Below are positions 1-8,902 of a stretch of 33,232 nt of DNA, piece after piece. Each line of letters begins with the position of its first letter. Within the stretch, counting starts at the first letter, position 1. The notes below the pieces were generated by a model. That model ran no database searches. It worked only from the letters and a program-made list of their open reading frames with translations, and was not told the DNA's origin. The position numbers were made by a program, and so were the translations under genes. Where the stretch lies: contig JBGFRZ010000050.1 of NCBI GenBank assembly GCA_041694835.1, positions 1-33,232 of the forward strand, given 5' to 3'. The stretch is from Ignavibacteria bacterium (lineage in GTDB: Bacteria; Elusimicrobiota; Endomicrobiia; PHAN01).

Positions 1-197
1 TAAAATTAAGATATTGGCGGAAAATTTTGGAAAATGAAAAATTATGGGAAGATGGTATTATCAATGTAATTTTTAGGGAAGGAAAAACTCTAAAGTTATT
101 ATTAAAATTTTTTGCCTCTCAAAATATCACGCCATATAAAAAATTACACAATCTGTTAAGCGAGAGAATAACAAAATATTTTAAGCATAAAGAATAG
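1..197 (+). CDS. 3' end of an AT-rich hypothetical protein (5' part outside window)
   Basis: The frame starting at nt 3 is open to TAG at 195-197 (KLRYWRKILENEKLW...KYFKHKE*). No family recognised. Confidence 0.6.
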   Translation, partial: KLRYWRKILENEKLWEDGIINVIFREGKTLKLLLKFFASQNITPYKKLHNLLSERITKYFKHKE

Positions 198-198
198 C

Positions 199-293
199 AT
201 GAAACCCATAAAAATTAGAGTACCTGCGCCTGCGGCAAATCTCGGCAGCATGACCACGATGTGTTTGGATCGGCAGTTAATCTATATATAGAG
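199..293 (+). pseudogene. thrB: Duplicated, frameshifted 5' fragment of thrB
   Basis: ATGAAACCCATAAAAATTAGA...GCGGCAAATCTCGGCAGC nearly matches the thrB start at 2836 (MKPIKIRVPAPAANLGS vs MKPIKIRIPATAANLGS). After a frameshift it reads DVFGSAVNLYIE vs DSFGVALNLYNE. Confidence 0.85.
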
Positions 294-343
294 TGAGATT
301 AAAAAATAGCCCAAGTAATCAGATTATGAAAGGAGGCTTCGAT

Positions 344-568
344 ATGAACCGAATTACAACTAATCCAAAAGTTTTGGGAGGGAAACCAATTATTAAGGGA
401 ACTCGGATTTCTGTAAGTTTGATTTTGGATTTGATTGCAAGTGGCATGACTGATAGTGATATCGTAAAAGAATACCCTCATCTTAAAGTCGCAGATATTC
501 ATGAAGCAGCAAAGTATGCCGCTTCGGTAATGGAAAAAGACCGCAGAGTGCTTCTTGGAGCAAAATGA
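344..568 (+). CDS. DUF433 family putative antitoxin
   Basis: RITTNPKVLGGKPIIKGTRISV...EYPHL...I..A..YA is the DUF433 signature. AAGGAGG at 330-336 favours ATG 344 over 293. Confidence 0.9.
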   Translation: MNRITTNPKVLGGKPIIKGTRISVSLILDLIASGMTDSDIVKEYPHLKVADIHEAAKYAASVMEKDRRVLLGAK

Positions 569-666
569 GTGTGAAAATTTTATTAGATGAAAATATTGCT
601 GATTCCACGAAAGTATTTTTACGAAATTTTGGATATGATGTAAAAGATATAAAATGTAAGAATTAG
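565..666 (+). pseudogene. Truncated DUF5615/PIN-like toxin (33 aa)
   Basis: ATGA overlap with the DUF433 stop. MSVKILLDENIADSTKVFLRNFGYDV matches the N-terminus of DUF5615 PIN-like partners of DUF433. It stops after 33 codons. Confidence 0.75.
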
Positions 667-688
667 AGGATAAAATAGTCCAATAATA

Positions 689-1039
689 ATGAAAACCATA
701 AAAGTAAAAATTCCAGCAGCAGCGTGGGCGGATTTTCTCTGTTATGTCACTCCGTCGGAACATCTTTCGCTCCCTGATATTGACGATGTAAAAAATGGCG
801 TGATGGCTTCAAGAATAGCCGCTCATGCGGCCGACATCGCCAAAGGACTTAACGAAGCGCGAGTTCTTGACGACAAAATGTCGTATTACAGAAAAAAACT
901 TAACTGGCAAGAACAAAAAAAATATGCCCTCGACCCGGCTAAGTTCGCTCAGATAAGAGAGAAGAAAATATCAAGAACAAGTCGCAGAGCGTCCGTCTGC
1001 AGCATGTGCGGAAGTTTCTGCGCAATGAAGCAGGGTTAA
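689..1039 (+). pseudogene. thiC: Chimeric fragment: thrB-like N-terminus fused to the ThiC C-terminal ~105 aa
   Basis: MKTIKVKIPA resembles the ThrB start. ADFLCYVTPSEHL...ASRIAAHAADIAKG...CSMCGSFCAM is the ThiC C-terminus with its Fe-S Cys cluster. Most of ThiC is absent. Confidence 0.85.
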
Positions 1040-1046
1040 AAGTGAA

Positions 1047-1991
1047 ATGATGAAAAATCAAAAGTGTAAAGAAAAGAAGTATAAAACGAAGGAAAAAACA
1101 GACATTATTCGTGAACAGTTGGGATTAAGTTTTTGCTCCGAGCCGAGCACAGCATTATCAGAAGTTAAAAAATCAAAACATCCAAAAACGACCATTTATA
1201 ACGATATAGACCTAAATAAATGGAAAGAATATTCGGATATAATAACCGATAGTTTGTGGTTGCTGGGCGCTCGGGATAAAAGCGGCGCTCATAGCGGAGA
1301 ATATCATGGAAATTTTGTTCCACAAATTCCACATCAAGCAATACTTCGATATACCAAAAAAAATGAAATAGTGCTTGATACCTTTTTAGGGAGTGGCACA
1401 ACTTTAATTGAATGCAAAAGATTAGGGCGTTGTGGATTAGGCATTGAATTATTACCCGACATGGTGAAAAGAGCTAAAGAACTTATCGGACAGGAACCAA
1501 ATTCTTATGATGTAAAAACAGATGTTATAGAAGGTGATAATACGGATATAGAAACGATTGGGCTGCTAAAAAAAACGCTTAAAGAAAAGTATAATACTGA
1601 CAAAGTCCAACTTATTACAATGCACCCCCCTTATCACGACATAATAAAATTCAGCAATAATCCAAAAGATTTGTGCAATGCAAGAACAACCGAAGAGTTT
1701 TTGAACAAATTTTCACAAGGCGTAAAAAATACTTGTCCCCTTCTTGCGGAGAAAAGATTTTTAGTGTTGGTTATAGGAGATAAATACAGTCAAGGCGAAT
1801 GGATACCTCTGGGTTTTTATACTATGCAAAAAGTTATAGAAAACGGTTTCAAACTTAAAAGCATTGCAATAAAAAATATTTCTGGCAATCGCGCAAAACG
1901 GAATGCAGAACAACTCTGGCGACGCCGCGCGCTTGGCGGCGGATTTTATATTTTCAGGCACGAATACATAATGTTTTTCCAGAAAAGGTAA
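1047..1991 (+). CDS. Amino (N4-C/N6-A) DNA methyltransferase
   Basis: SAM motif VLDTFLGSGTT, catalytic-type motif MHPPY, HGNFVPQIP. AT-rich. The start could be 1050. Confidence 0.85.
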   Translation: MMKNQKCKEKKYKTKEKTDIIREQLGLSFCSEPSTALSEVKKSKHPKTTIYNDIDLNKWKEYSDIITDSLWLLGARDKSGAHSGEYHGNFVPQIPHQAILRYTKKNEIVLDTFLGSGTTLIECKRLGRCGLGIELLPDMVKRAKELIGQEPNSYDVKTDVIEGDNTDIETIGLLKKTLKEKYNTDKVQLITMHPPYHDIIKFSNNPKDLCNARTTEEFLNKFSQGVKNTCPLLAEKRFLVLVIGDKYSQGEWIPLGFYTMQKVIENGFKLKSIAIKNISGNRAKRNAEQLWRRRALGGGFYIFRHEYIMFFQKR

Positions 1992-1997
1992 AATGAA

Positions 1998-2831
1998 ATG
2001 CCTTTATTAACTCAAAAAGAAGTTAGAAATCTTAAATTGAGTTCCATTCCGATAGAAAAACTCAAAAATTTTGCTGAATCTATAGTCCATTGTAGCGACA
2101 AAAATGCGACAAACATAATTAAAAAGCTTATAGATGTTTCAAATATAGATTCCTCAATAGATGCATTCATCAAACAAAAATATGCCGTTAGAATAAAGGA
2201 GAGAAAAAATTTAATAAGCGATGCGGGTTTAATAAAAGAATTGTATAAAGTAAAAAATTTTTCTTGGAGTGTGGTTCAAGGACAATTGGACCAAAAAATT
2301 CAAACAGAATATGTTAGAAAAATTGTACATTATGACGATTTAATTAGCAATGTCAAAACTAAATTACACGATGATATTACTTCTTATGTGATTTGTACCT
2401 GGTACAACCACTGGACAACGGTTTTAGTTGAAGAACATATAAGCCAGCATCCAAAAGTAGTCTCCACCCTAAAAAACATAAAGGGAGTTGATATTTTTTT
2501 TGATAACCAACCATTTGATTTAAAAACCACATATCTCCCGAAAGATTATGACATACAAGATGTAATAAAAAACCTCAAAAATTTAGCGACATGGATGTAT
2601 GAAAATCAAGGTGCCCAAAGATTCGGGGCAGATAATAGGTTATTTGTGATTTTAGTAGATGTAAAAAATTAAGAAGAAAGCTGGAAACTAAAAAGAAATT
2701 TTGATTTAGTATTTAAAAAAATTGATGAATTTTTTGATACTGAAAAAGTAACACTAAATGATGAAATTACATTTAGTTTCGCAAAAAAGACCTACACAAC
2801 AGTTTCAAAAGTTTTGTTAATCACAAATTAA
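1998..2831 (+). pseudogene. Putative PD-(D/E)xK restriction endonuclease interrupted by an in-frame TAA at 2670-2672
   Basis: Directly follows the MTase and has the motif GVDIFFDNQPFDLK. After the stop the same frame continues 52 protein-like codons (EESWKLKRNFDLV...VLLITN*) up to thrB. Confidence 0.7.
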
Positions 2832-2835
2832 AAAT

Positions 2836-3774
2836 ATGAAACCCATAAAAATTAGAATTCCTGCGACGGCGGCAAATCTCGGCAGCGGATTTGACAGTTT
2901 CGGCGTCGCTTTAAACCTTTACAATGAAATTGAAGTGATTGAGATTAGAGGAGAGAGAACAGAGAACAGAGGACAGAGGTCAGAGGTCAGAATTGATATT
3001 AAAGGAGAAGGGAAGGATTCGCTTCCGGGAGATGAAAAAAATATCGTCTGGAAAGCGATGAAAAAAGTATTTAATAAAGCAGGTCAAAGGTTAAAGGGCA
3101 AAGGTCAAAATTTAAAAATAAAATTGCTCAATCGAATTCCCATGGCAAGCGGGCTGGGTAGTTCGGCGGCGGCGGTGCTCGGGGGGCTTCTTGTGGCGAA
3201 TAAAATTTGCTATAATAAACTTTCCGATGACGAAATACTGAAACTCGCTGTTGAATTGGAAGGCCATCCGGACAACATCGTGCCGGCATTTGCCGGAGGC
3301 TTGTGCATCTGCTACAGCGAAAACGGAAAAACCGGATATCTGAAACTGAAAATGACAAGCGATTTAAAAGCGGTCGTTTGCACTCCGAATTTCGAACTTT
3401 CGACGAAATTCGCAAGAAAAATTCTACCCCAAAAACTTCCTATGGAATCGGCGGTATTCAACCTCTCTCGCTCGGCCATTCTGGTCGCCTCAATTTTAAA
3501 ACAAAATTATGGACTTTTGAAAATCGGGATGGATGACAGGATACATCAGATTCACAGAGGGAGATACATACCCGGCATAAAAAAAGTTTTTGAAAAAGCG
3601 TATAAAAGCGGAGCATACGGCGTCGCAATATCCGGCTCGGGTCCATCTATAGTTTCATTCTCTTCGGCGATTAAAGCGAAAAGCGTTGCTTCTGCGATGG
3701 AAAAAGGATTTAAATCTACAGGTGTCAAATGCAGAAGTTTCATATTAGATTTTGAAAATAAGGGAGCCGTTTAA
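2836..3774 (+). CDS. thrB: Homoserine kinase
   Basis: PATAANLGSGFD, IPMASGLGSSAA (GHMP motif), EGHPDN, ISGSGPS. Confidence 0.97.
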   Translation: MKPIKIRIPATAANLGSGFDSFGVALNLYNEIEVIEIRGERTENRGQRSEVRIDIKGEGKDSLPGDEKNIVWKAMKKVFNKAGQRLKGKGQNLKIKLLNRIPMASGLGSSAAAVLGGLLVANKICYNKLSDDEILKLAVELEGHPDNIVPAFAGGLCICYSENGKTGYLKLKMTSDLKAVVCTPNFELSTKFARKILPQKLPMESAVFNLSRSAILVASILKQNYGLLKIGMDDRIHQIHRGRYIPGIKKVFEKAYKSGAYGVAISGSGPSIVSFSSAIKAKSVASAMEKGFKSTGVKCRSFILDFENKGAV

Positions 3775-3775
3775 C

Positions 3776-4990
3776 ATGTCTTTGATAGTAATGAAATTCG
3801 GCGGTTCGTCGGTAGCGGATGCGGATAAAATAAAAAATGTCGCCAATCGCGTCATAGAGAGAGCCCGAAAAAACAAAGTTGTGGTTGTTGTTTCAGCGCC
3901 TGGCGACATGACCGACGACCTTATAGAGCTTTCGAGAAAGGTAACCGATTCGCCCGATGATCGCGAAATGGATATGCTCATTTCTACGGGTGAGCAAGTT
4001 TCCATAGCCCTGCTTACGATGGCGATAAAATCGTGCGGAGTCAACGCCATATCTCTTACCGGTCCGCAGGCTGGAATCTACGCCGACACGTCCCATACGA
4101 AAGCCAGGATAACGAAGATTATACCGACTAAAATAAACAATGAACTCTCAAAGGGGAAAGTCGTGATAGTCGCGGGATTTCAAGGTATAAACCCGCATGA
4201 AGACATAACTACCCTCGGCCGGGGCGGTTCGGATTTGACCGCTGTTGCTCTTGCTGCCGCGTTAAAATCCAATGAATGCGAGATTTATACCGATGTTGAC
4301 GGCGTATATACAACCGACCCCCGCGTCGTTAAAGAGGCGAAGAAGATACCAGTCGTATCCTATGATGAAATGCTCGAGATGGCTGGCTCGGGGGCTCAAG
4401 TAATGCAAGGACGTTCCATTGAAGTGGCGAAGAAGTTCGGGGTCAAAATTCATGTCAGGTCGAGTTTCAAAAAAACGGAAGGCACGAGCATAATGGAGGA
4501 GGGTTCAGAAGTGGAAGAGGTTGTGGTCAGGGCTGTAACATTCGACAAGAATCAGGTTAAACTTTCGATACTGGATATTCCCGACAGACCGGGGATTGCT
4601 TCAAAGATATTCGGCGAGCTTGCGAAGGAATCGATAAATGTTGACATGATTATACAATCCGCCGCTCGTCAGAAATATAACGACATATCGTTTACGGTCG
4701 CCCGTCCAGACATAAAAAAAACGCACAATATCCTGAATGCACTTAAAAAAACTCTGGGTGCATCCGGCGTTATCGTCGATGATACCGTGGCGAAAGTTTC
4801 GATAGTGGGCGTCGGCATGAAGAGTCATCCGGGGGTGGCTTCGACGATGTTCAATGCCCTCGCTAAAAAAGGCATAAATATAGAAATGATATCGACAAGC
4901 GAAATAAAAATTTCATGTGTCATAAAAGCCGCTGATATTGAAAAGGCGGTAGCCACTCTTCACAGGGCGTTTGAATTGGAGAAAAAATAA
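3776..4990 (+). CDS. lysC: Aspartate kinase
   Basis: MKFGGSSV, TTLGRGGSD, YTDVDGVYTTDPR, two C-terminal ACT domains. Start at ATG 3776. Confidence 0.97.
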   Translation: MSLIVMKFGGSSVADADKIKNVANRVIERARKNKVVVVVSAPGDMTDDLIELSRKVTDSPDDREMDMLISTGEQVSIALLTMAIKSCGVNAISLTGPQAGIYADTSHTKARITKIIPTKINNELSKGKVVIVAGFQGINPHEDITTLGRGGSDLTAVALAAALKSNECEIYTDVDGVYTTDPRVVKEAKKIPVVSYDEMLEMAGSGAQVMQGRSIEVAKKFGVKIHVRSSFKKTEGTSIMEEGSEVEEVVVRAVTFDKNQVKLSILDIPDRPGIASKIFGELAKESINVDMIIQSAARQKYNDISFTVARPDIKKTHNILNALKKTLGASGVIVDDTVAKVSIVGVGMKSHPGVASTMFNALAKKGINIEMISTSEIKISCVIKAADIEKAVATLHRAFELEKK

Positions 4991-6610
4991 ATGAGAGTAA
5001 AACTCTTCGACACCACGCTTCGCGACGGCAGTCAGTCGACGGGCGTTTCTTTCTCCGTGAACGACAAACTAAAAATTGCCTCCGAGCTTGCAAGTTTTGG
5101 AATAGATTACATAGAAGGAGGCTGGCCGGGTTCAAATCCGACCGATGAGGAGTTTTTCAGTGTCGCCTGTCGCATACCAAAACTTAAGACGAGACTCGTA
5201 GCGTTTGGTTCGACAAGATATAAAAACACGAGAGCCGAAACCGACCCAAATCTGAAAGCCATAATAAAATCGGGCGTCAAAACCTCCTCCATATTCGGAA
5301 AAACATGGGATCTACATGTCATACACGCTTTAAGGACGACGCTTGACGAAAATCTTAAGATGATTTATGACAGCATAAAATTTCTGAGATCCAAAGGAAT
5401 CCCTGTGATATACGATGCGGAACATTTTTTCGATGGCTTCAAAGCGAACAAGGATTATGCCATAGCAACACTTGAAAAGGCAGTTGAAGCGGGGGCATTT
5501 AATATATCTTTATGCGATACTAATGGCGGCACTTTGCCCGGTGAACTTGTTGAAATAATCCAAACTGTAAAAAAGAAACTATCTCTGAACTCTAAACTCC
5601 CCGCCCGACGGATGGCAGGCGGGTCAACTCTCAACTGTTCTTTAGGTATCCACGCCCACAACGACTCCGAATGCGGCGTGGCCAATTCAGTGGTTGCCGT
5701 TGAATGCGGGGTCAAAATCGTACAGGGAACTATTAACGGCATAGGCGAAAGGTGTGGAAATGCGAATCTTGTCTCGATAATACCGGCGCTCAAACTGAAA
5801 CTCGGATATACTTGCGTTTCCTCCGCAAAACTCAAAAAACTAACAGAGCTTTCAAGATATGTTGACGAGGTTATAAACAAAATATCCGCTGAAACGCAGC
5901 CTTATGTGGGGAGGAACGCCTTCGCGCATAAAGGCGGAATACATGTTTCCGCCGTGGAGAGGCATTCGAAAACTTACGAGCACATAGATCCGTCTCTCGT
6001 AGGAAACAGCCGAAGAATCGTAATAAGCGAACTCGCCGGAAAATCAAACATCCTTGCCAAGGTGAAAGAATTAAAATTCAATATAGCCCGGACCGAAGAT
6101 GCCGTAAAAAAAATTATAGATGCCGTAAAGAAAAACGAGGCAAACGGCTATCAATATGAGGATGCCGACGGTTCTTTCGCCGTGCTGGTTTTAAAGGTAC
6201 TTGGGAAGTACATGCCATTATTTGAATTGAAAAGCTACAGAACGATAGTCGAAAAGGATAAAACTGGAAGGATGATAACGGAAGCCACCATAAAGATTGA
6301 GGTCAACGGGAAGATGAGATATACGGTTGCAGAAGGCGATGGACCCGTCAACGCTCTTGATAGGGCGCTTCATAAATCACTGGAAGAGTTTTACCCGCAA
6401 CTAAAAAAAGTAGATCTAAGGGATTTCAGGGTGCGCGTCATTAATCCGACATCAGGAACCGCCGCAGCTGTGCGCGTTTTCATCGAATCTACCGACGGGA
6501 AAAATACATGGGGCAGCGTCGGGATTTCGGAAAATATCATTGAGGCGTCGTGGCAGGCGCTTTCTGACGCACTAGAGTATAAACTTTTGAGAATTAAGCT
6601 GAAGGATTAA
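4991..6610 (+). CDS. cimA: Citramalate synthase (LeuA/CimA family)
   Basis: DTTLRDGSQ, IEGGWPGSNP, FGKTWDLHV, YDAEHFFDG, HAHND, AFAHKGGIH, C-terminal regulatory domain. Confidence 0.92.
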   Translation: MRVKLFDTTLRDGSQSTGVSFSVNDKLKIASELASFGIDYIEGGWPGSNPTDEEFFSVACRIPKLKTRLVAFGSTRYKNTRAETDPNLKAIIKSGVKTSSIFGKTWDLHVIHALRTTLDENLKMIYDSIKFLRSKGIPVIYDAEHFFDGFKANKDYAIATLEKAVEAGAFNISLCDTNGGTLPGELVEIIQTVKKKLSLNSKLPARRMAGGSTLNCSLGIHAHNDSECGVANSVVAVECGVKIVQGTINGIGERCGNANLVSIIPALKLKLGYTCVSSAKLKKLTELSRYVDEVINKISAETQPYVGRNAFAHKGGIHVSAVERHSKTYEHIDPSLVGNSRRIVISELAGKSNILAKVKELKFNIARTEDAVKKIIDAVKKNEANGYQYEDADGSFAVLVLKVLGKYMPLFELKSYRTIVEKDKTGRMITEATIKIEVNGKMRYTVAEGDGPVNALDRALHKSLEEFYPQLKKVDLRDFRVRVINPTSGTAAAVRVFIESTDGKNTWGSVGISENIIEASWQALSDALEYKLLRIKLKD

Positions 6611-6617
6611 AACAACT

Positions 6618-6950
6618 ATGCTGAATTTTTCGAAAACGCAGGTCAACATCATAGTCCTTGAGATACTTTTGTTCACCGCCGCTGTCACCGCCATACTTTT
6701 TAGAGAAATAACATTAAAGACGCAGGCTACGGTTCTGCCGGATATAAAGACCGACCTGGAAGTTGTACTGCCCGAGGAGTACGCGTTACCTTCTGCGAAA
6801 AAACTTGACGAGATAATCGCGGGGACAAAAAAAAAGAAAGAGAAAGAGATTACGATAGAGATAACTGACGAACCTGTCAAGCCGGAACAAGGCGATTCCA
6901 CTAAACAAAAAGAAGAAAAGCCGCAGGAGTTTATAATAGAACTGGAATGA
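6618..6950 (+). CDS. Hypothetical protein with an N-terminal membrane anchor and a charged tail
   Basis: Tightly coupled to cimA. Hydrophobic IIVLEILLFTAAVTAILF segment followed by a K/E-rich region. Confidence 0.7.
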   Translation: MLNFSKTQVNIIVLEILLFTAAVTAILFREITLKTQATVLPDIKTDLEVVLPEEYALPSAKKLDEIIAGTKKKKEKEITIEITDEPVKPEQGDSTKQKEEKPQEFIIELE

Positions 6951-6959
6951 GCCCGCCTT

Positions 6960-7190
6960 ACGTTGTAAGTGGTAAGTGGTAAGATTGTAGGGCAACGGAG
7001 CAGTAGAACAGCGGGTAGTATGTAGTAGGTAGTATGCAGGGAGGAGGGGGGTTGTAGTTGTCGACCTTGGTCGGCATTAATTGTGGATGGTGACTGGTGG
7101 CTGGTGGTAACGAACAACGAGTCACGAGCAACGAGACACGAGTTCCCGTCTCCCGTCTCCCGTCCACCTTTCATTTGCTATTTGCTATTT
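6960..7190. repeat. Mosaic heptamer tandem-repeat element with an embedded GTAG hairpin
   Basis: Arrays GTAAGTG, GTAGTA(T/G), TGGTG(A/G)C, (A/C)ACGAG-like, TCCCGTC x3 and TTTGCTA x2, purine-rich then pyrimidine-rich. Confidence 0.85.
7054..7076 (+). repeat. GTAG-type REP-like hairpin
   Basis: GTAG-T-TGTCGACC-TT-GGTCGGCA. A related copy lies on the - strand at 16227-16249. Confidence 0.75.
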
Positions 7191-7214
7191 TTACTGTCTT
7201 CACCGGAGGATTTT

Positions 7215-8864
7215 ATGTTAAGCGATACGATTAAAAAGGGAGTAAATCGCGCTCCTAACAGATGCCTCATATATGCTACCGGGGTTTCGCCGTCAGATAT
7301 GGGGAAACCGTTTATCGGCGTAGCGTCTTCGTTCAGCGATCTTGTTCCGGGACACATAAACATGCGGGAACTTGAAAGGCATATAGAAAGAGGAGTGGCC
7401 GCTGGTGGCGGAGTTCCTTTTATTTTTGGCATACCAGCCGTCTGCGACGGAATAGCTATGGGACATTCCGGCATGCATTTTTCCCTGCCTTCAAGAGAAC
7501 TGATAGCGGACTCAGTAGAAACTGTCGCAAGGGCACATGCCCTCGACGGCCTTGTTCTGCTTACAAACTGCGACAAAATAACACCCGGAATGCTTATAGC
7601 CGCTGCTCGATTAAACATTCCATCGATAGTCGTAACCGCCGGCCCGATGATGACTGGAAAATATAAGGGAAAAAGAAGGTCACTTGTCAGGGATACATTT
7701 GAAGCAGTCGGTCTTTATCAAGCCGGCAAAATTGACGAAAAAGAGGTTGCGAACCTCGAGATGGTGTCGTGTCCCGGCGCTGGTTCTTGCCAGGGGCTAT
7801 ATACAGCAAACACTATGGCATGCCTCACCGAAACTATGGGTATGAGCATTGAAGGTTGTGCAACCGCCGCAGCTGTTTCCGCTAAGAAAAGTCGCATAGC
7901 TTATGAATCGGGAATAAGAATAGTCAAGTTGGTAAAAGAAAATCTTACCCCGAGAAGAATAATGACACTGAACGCTTTCAAGAATGCCATCTCGGTTGAC
8001 ATGGCGATTGGTGGCTCGACAAATACGGTGCTCCATCTCCCCGCCATAGCGGCGGAGGCGGGAGTAAAGATAGAACTCAAACTCTTTGACACGATATCCA
8101 GAAACACGCCTAATATTTTGAAACTTGAACCAGCGGGAGAACACTACATGGAGGATCTAGAAACCGCGGGCGGAATCAGCGCCGTTCTTTTTGCCATTAA
8201 AAACAAAATAGAGTCATCTCTCACTGTAAACGGCAGGAACATCCTTGAAATAGCTAAATCCGGGCGCATAACCGATGCGGATGTAATCCGCGTCAAAACC
8301 CCTTATAGCCATGAGGGAGGCATAGCGATTTTGGGCGGGAACATCGCTCCGAACGGCTGCGTAGTCAAACAATCCGCCGTCTCGGAGAAAGCAAGAAGGT
8401 TTACGGGCCGCGCTCGAATATTCGATTCTGAAGAGTTGGCTATGAAAGCGGTTGTGGATAAAAAAATAAAAAAGGGCGATGTAATAGTCATAAGATACGA
8501 AGGTCCGAAGGGCGGACCAGGCATGAGAGAGATGTTGTCAGTTACCTCGGCTATCGTGGGACAGGGGCTTTCCGATTCGGTCGCGCTGGTTACCGACGGA
8601 AGATTCTCGGGAGGAACCAGGGGGCCGTGCGTGGGACATGTAAGCCCCGAGGCAGCCGAGGGCGGGCCGATATCTGTTGTAAGGGAAGGCGACACGATAA
8701 ACATAGACATACCTGCAAGAAAAATAGACGTTAGGCTTACGGAATCCGAGATAAAAGTGCGACTTGCGACGTGGAAAGCGCCTTCACCGAAGTTCAAGTA
8801 TGGATATCTCTCAAGGTATGCCAAATTAGTTACAAATGCGTCGACAGGCGCGATATTGAAATAG
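7215..8864 (+). CDS. ilvD: Dihydroxy-acid dehydratase
   Basis: [58 protein letters not shown] precedes ATG 7215. Confidence 0.97.
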   Translation: MLSDTIKKGVNRAPNRCLIYATGVSPSDMGKPFIGVASSFSDLVPGHINMRELERHIERGVAAGGGVPFIFGIPAVCDGIAMGHSGMHFSLPSRELIADSVETVARAHALDGLVLLTNCDKITPGMLIAAARLNIPSIVVTAGPMMTGKYKGKRRSLVRDTFEAVGLYQAGKIDEKEVANLEMVSCPGAGSCQGLYTANTMACLTETMGMSIEGCATAAAVSAKKSRIAYESGIRIVKLVKENLTPRRIMTLNAFKNAISVDMAIGGSTNTVLHLPAIAAEAGVKIELKLFDTISRNTPNILKLEPAGEHYMEDLETAGGISAVLFAIKNKIESSLTVNGRNILEIAKSGRITDADVIRVKTPYSHEGGIAILGGNIAPNGCVVKQSAVSEKARRFTGRARIFDSEELAMKAVVDKKIKKGDVIVIRYEGPKGGPGMREMLSVTSAIVGQGLSDSVALVTDGRFSGGTRGPCVGHVSPEAAEGGPISVVREGDTINIDIPARKIDVRLTESEIKVRLATWKAPSPKFKYGYLSRYAKLVTNASTGAILK

Positions 8865-8902
8865 TATATGTAGTAGGCAGTAAGTAGGGGGTAGAGGAAA
8901 TT

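Noticed and set aside
689-1039. Functional thiC
   Set aside because: Only the C-terminal ~105 residues are present.
6572-7174. Minus-strand ORFs here and throughout the window
   Set aside because: They are shadows of well-supported + strand genes or of tandem arrays.
7083-7214. N-terminal extensions of ilvD (also atpA from 16474, atpD from 20110, lysC from 3752, ilvN from 10714)
   Set aside because: They are repeat-derived or overlap upstream genes, and homology begins at the downstream ATG. ilvD, atpA and ilvN have an RBS there.
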